DNA from: Takakia lepidozioides
Lineage: Eukaryota; Plantae; Bryophyta
Assembly: GCA_030704615.1 (NCBI GenBank)
Contig: CM060731.1
Coordinates: 73,222,001-73,286,000, forward strand
Reading direction: 5' to 3'
DNA length: 64,000 bases
The translations under genes and the position numbers were made by a program. Shown here in pieces: positions 62,270 through 64,000 of this stretch; the first letter of the stretch is position 1, and each line of letters starts with the position of its first letter. The notes under the pieces were generated by a model. It was not told the origin of the DNA and made no database searches. It was given only the letters and a program-made list of their open reading frames with translations.

Positions 62270-63905
62270 TCCCATGAATTTCGGCACCGAAATCTGGATG
62301 AACATCTCTGTCATGTAACAACTTTGGAAGCCAGGGGATGAATTCCGGCGACAGAAATAGTAATTTGTTCACCTCATGAAACTGACCAAGCATCCAACGG
62401 ATGGATTTCGGTGCCGAAATTCGGATGAACATCTTCTTCATCAAATTGTTTCTGCACATGAGGGTTGAATTTGGATGCCAAAATACAGATGAATGTGTTC
62501 CTGATTACAGTCGTGATTCACCACGTGTCCGGATATCAGTGCCGACATCCGAATGACAGTAATCCTGAATCGGCAGAATGGATGTATTTCGGCGCCGAAA
62601 TTCATTCTTCATCTCCTTTTCCGACCCTAATTCTGCTGCCCTGCGGATGGATTTCGGTGCCGAAATTCATCTGAAGTCTTTTTTTTTTTTTTTTTTTTCT
62701 TTGCGACAGATGAACTTCGGCGCCGAATCTCATCCAAGTCCTCCCTTCTAATTTTCCTTTTTCTTCGCGAGCAATGAATTTCGGCGCCGAAATTCATCCG
62801 AAGTCCTCCCGAAATTTTTTTTTTTCTTCGCCAGCAATGAATTTCGGCGCCGAAATTCATCCGAAGTCCTCCCGAAAAAAAAATTTTTTCTTCGGGAGCA
62901 ATGAATTTCGGCGCCGAAATTCAACCGACTCCATCCCTCCAAATTCTTTTCAGGGTTTGAGCGCCGGATTTCGGCGCCGAAATTCATCCAATGCCCTCTC
63001 TCCAATATTTATTTTTCTTTGAAATGGATGAATTTCGGCGCCGAAATTCATTCTTACTGTCCGCAATGAGTAACTCTAATATTACATTTTCTATGCGACG
63101 GATGAATTTCGGCGCCGAAATTCGTCCAAACCCGACACTTACTATTTGCTTCTGGATGATATAATTTTCCGTAAATCGTTGGAAATACCCCGTTCCGACG
63201 AAGATAACAGGAATATTCTGCATTTAATGGAGAAATCGGCATATTGAACCCATTCTGTCAAAATTAATTGTATTTTAGCCGTTTTTTTCATTTGAAACCG
63301 ACAGTATCCATTAAGTGGTCTTTTTCGCACGGGACGTTGCCGCACATAAAGTATAATTTCGGCGCCGAAATTATAGTTAAATGTCCAGAAATGGCAAGTC
63401 CAACAGGCATGGACAGCATCCGTCAGAGGCAATGATGGCGGCAAAGCATAGCATGGTGCCGATTTAGTCTTCGCTCTGGATGAATTTCGGCGCCGAAATA
63501 TGGATGATTTCACCTCGTCTACGCGTGGACGGAGATATTCGTAATGAATTTCGGCGCCGAAATATGGATGAAATGTGCCCAAGTGCAGCCGTTTCCACTG
63601 TTCCGGAATTAATTCCGGCTCCGATATCCCACTGACAGGTTTGCTCATGACGAATGAGGACTTGGGAAGCGATGAATTGCGGCGCCGAAATTTGTAAGTT
63701 TGTGTACGAAAGCACTTGAATAGGATGAATTTCGGCGCCGAAATTCATCCGTCCGCTGATGAAACGTACCGACCTGACTGTTGAATGTCATAGGCAGGGG
63801 ATTTTCATGGCGGTTGGGTTTCATGATGTGCGGATATTTCATTCAATGTCGGCTGCTCCGGGAACAGCATCCGGTGAACGGAAGGTATTTCGGTGCCGCA
63901 ATTCG
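62270..63905. repeat. Array of the palindrome (GATG)AATTTCGGCGCCGAAATT(CATC), roughly 18 copies, often at ~63-bp period
   Basis: Directly visible. Confidence 0.92.
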
Positions 63906-64000
63906 GATAAACCATCTTGTACTGGTGGCTGGAACTGGCACGCGTCGTGTTCCAGTCGACTTCATCCGTGCGAACGTGTCAGGGGTCACAATCTCTTCAT

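Noticed and set aside
62270-63905. CRISPR-like palindromic repeats
   Set aside because: Spacing is irregular, spacers are related or low-complexity, and there are no cas genes. A transposon subterminal array fits better.

Overview
Eukaryotic nuclear DNA from a land plant, probably a seed-free lineage (inferred from spliced plant genes and a very regular PLS-class PPR gene). A gene island at about 10-30 kb holds a steroid 5-alpha-reductase-like gene, a CRR7-like gene, an Alfin-like PHD gene, RRN3, and a PLS-PPR gene with an eroded DYW tail. Nested mobile elements flank it. The main finding is a Ty3/gypsy-type retrotransposon family present twice: copy A at 1-8629 (minus strand, internally deleted, inserted in a LINE remnant) and copy B at 38369-50586 (plus strand, complete, inserted in the gag of another LTR element with a GGGG target duplication). 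Its polyprotein reads Gag - protease - C5 DNA cytosine methyltransferase (DNMT3-like) - RT - RNase H - DDE integrase - PHD finger. It lacks ordinary LTRs. Its two termini occur again internally, abutted as a palindromic ...GACA-GC-TGTC... junction just after the polypurine tract, which resembles the split repeats and internal complementary region (ICR) of DIRS/Ngaro elements but is paired here with a DDE integrase. Copy B sits inside a conventional Tat/Athila-like LTR element (36125-56948). That element lies in an intron of a degenerate beta-class N4C/N6A DNA methyltransferase-like gene within a CACTA-type DNA transposon. All domain calls come from recognising motifs by eye; no database searches were run.
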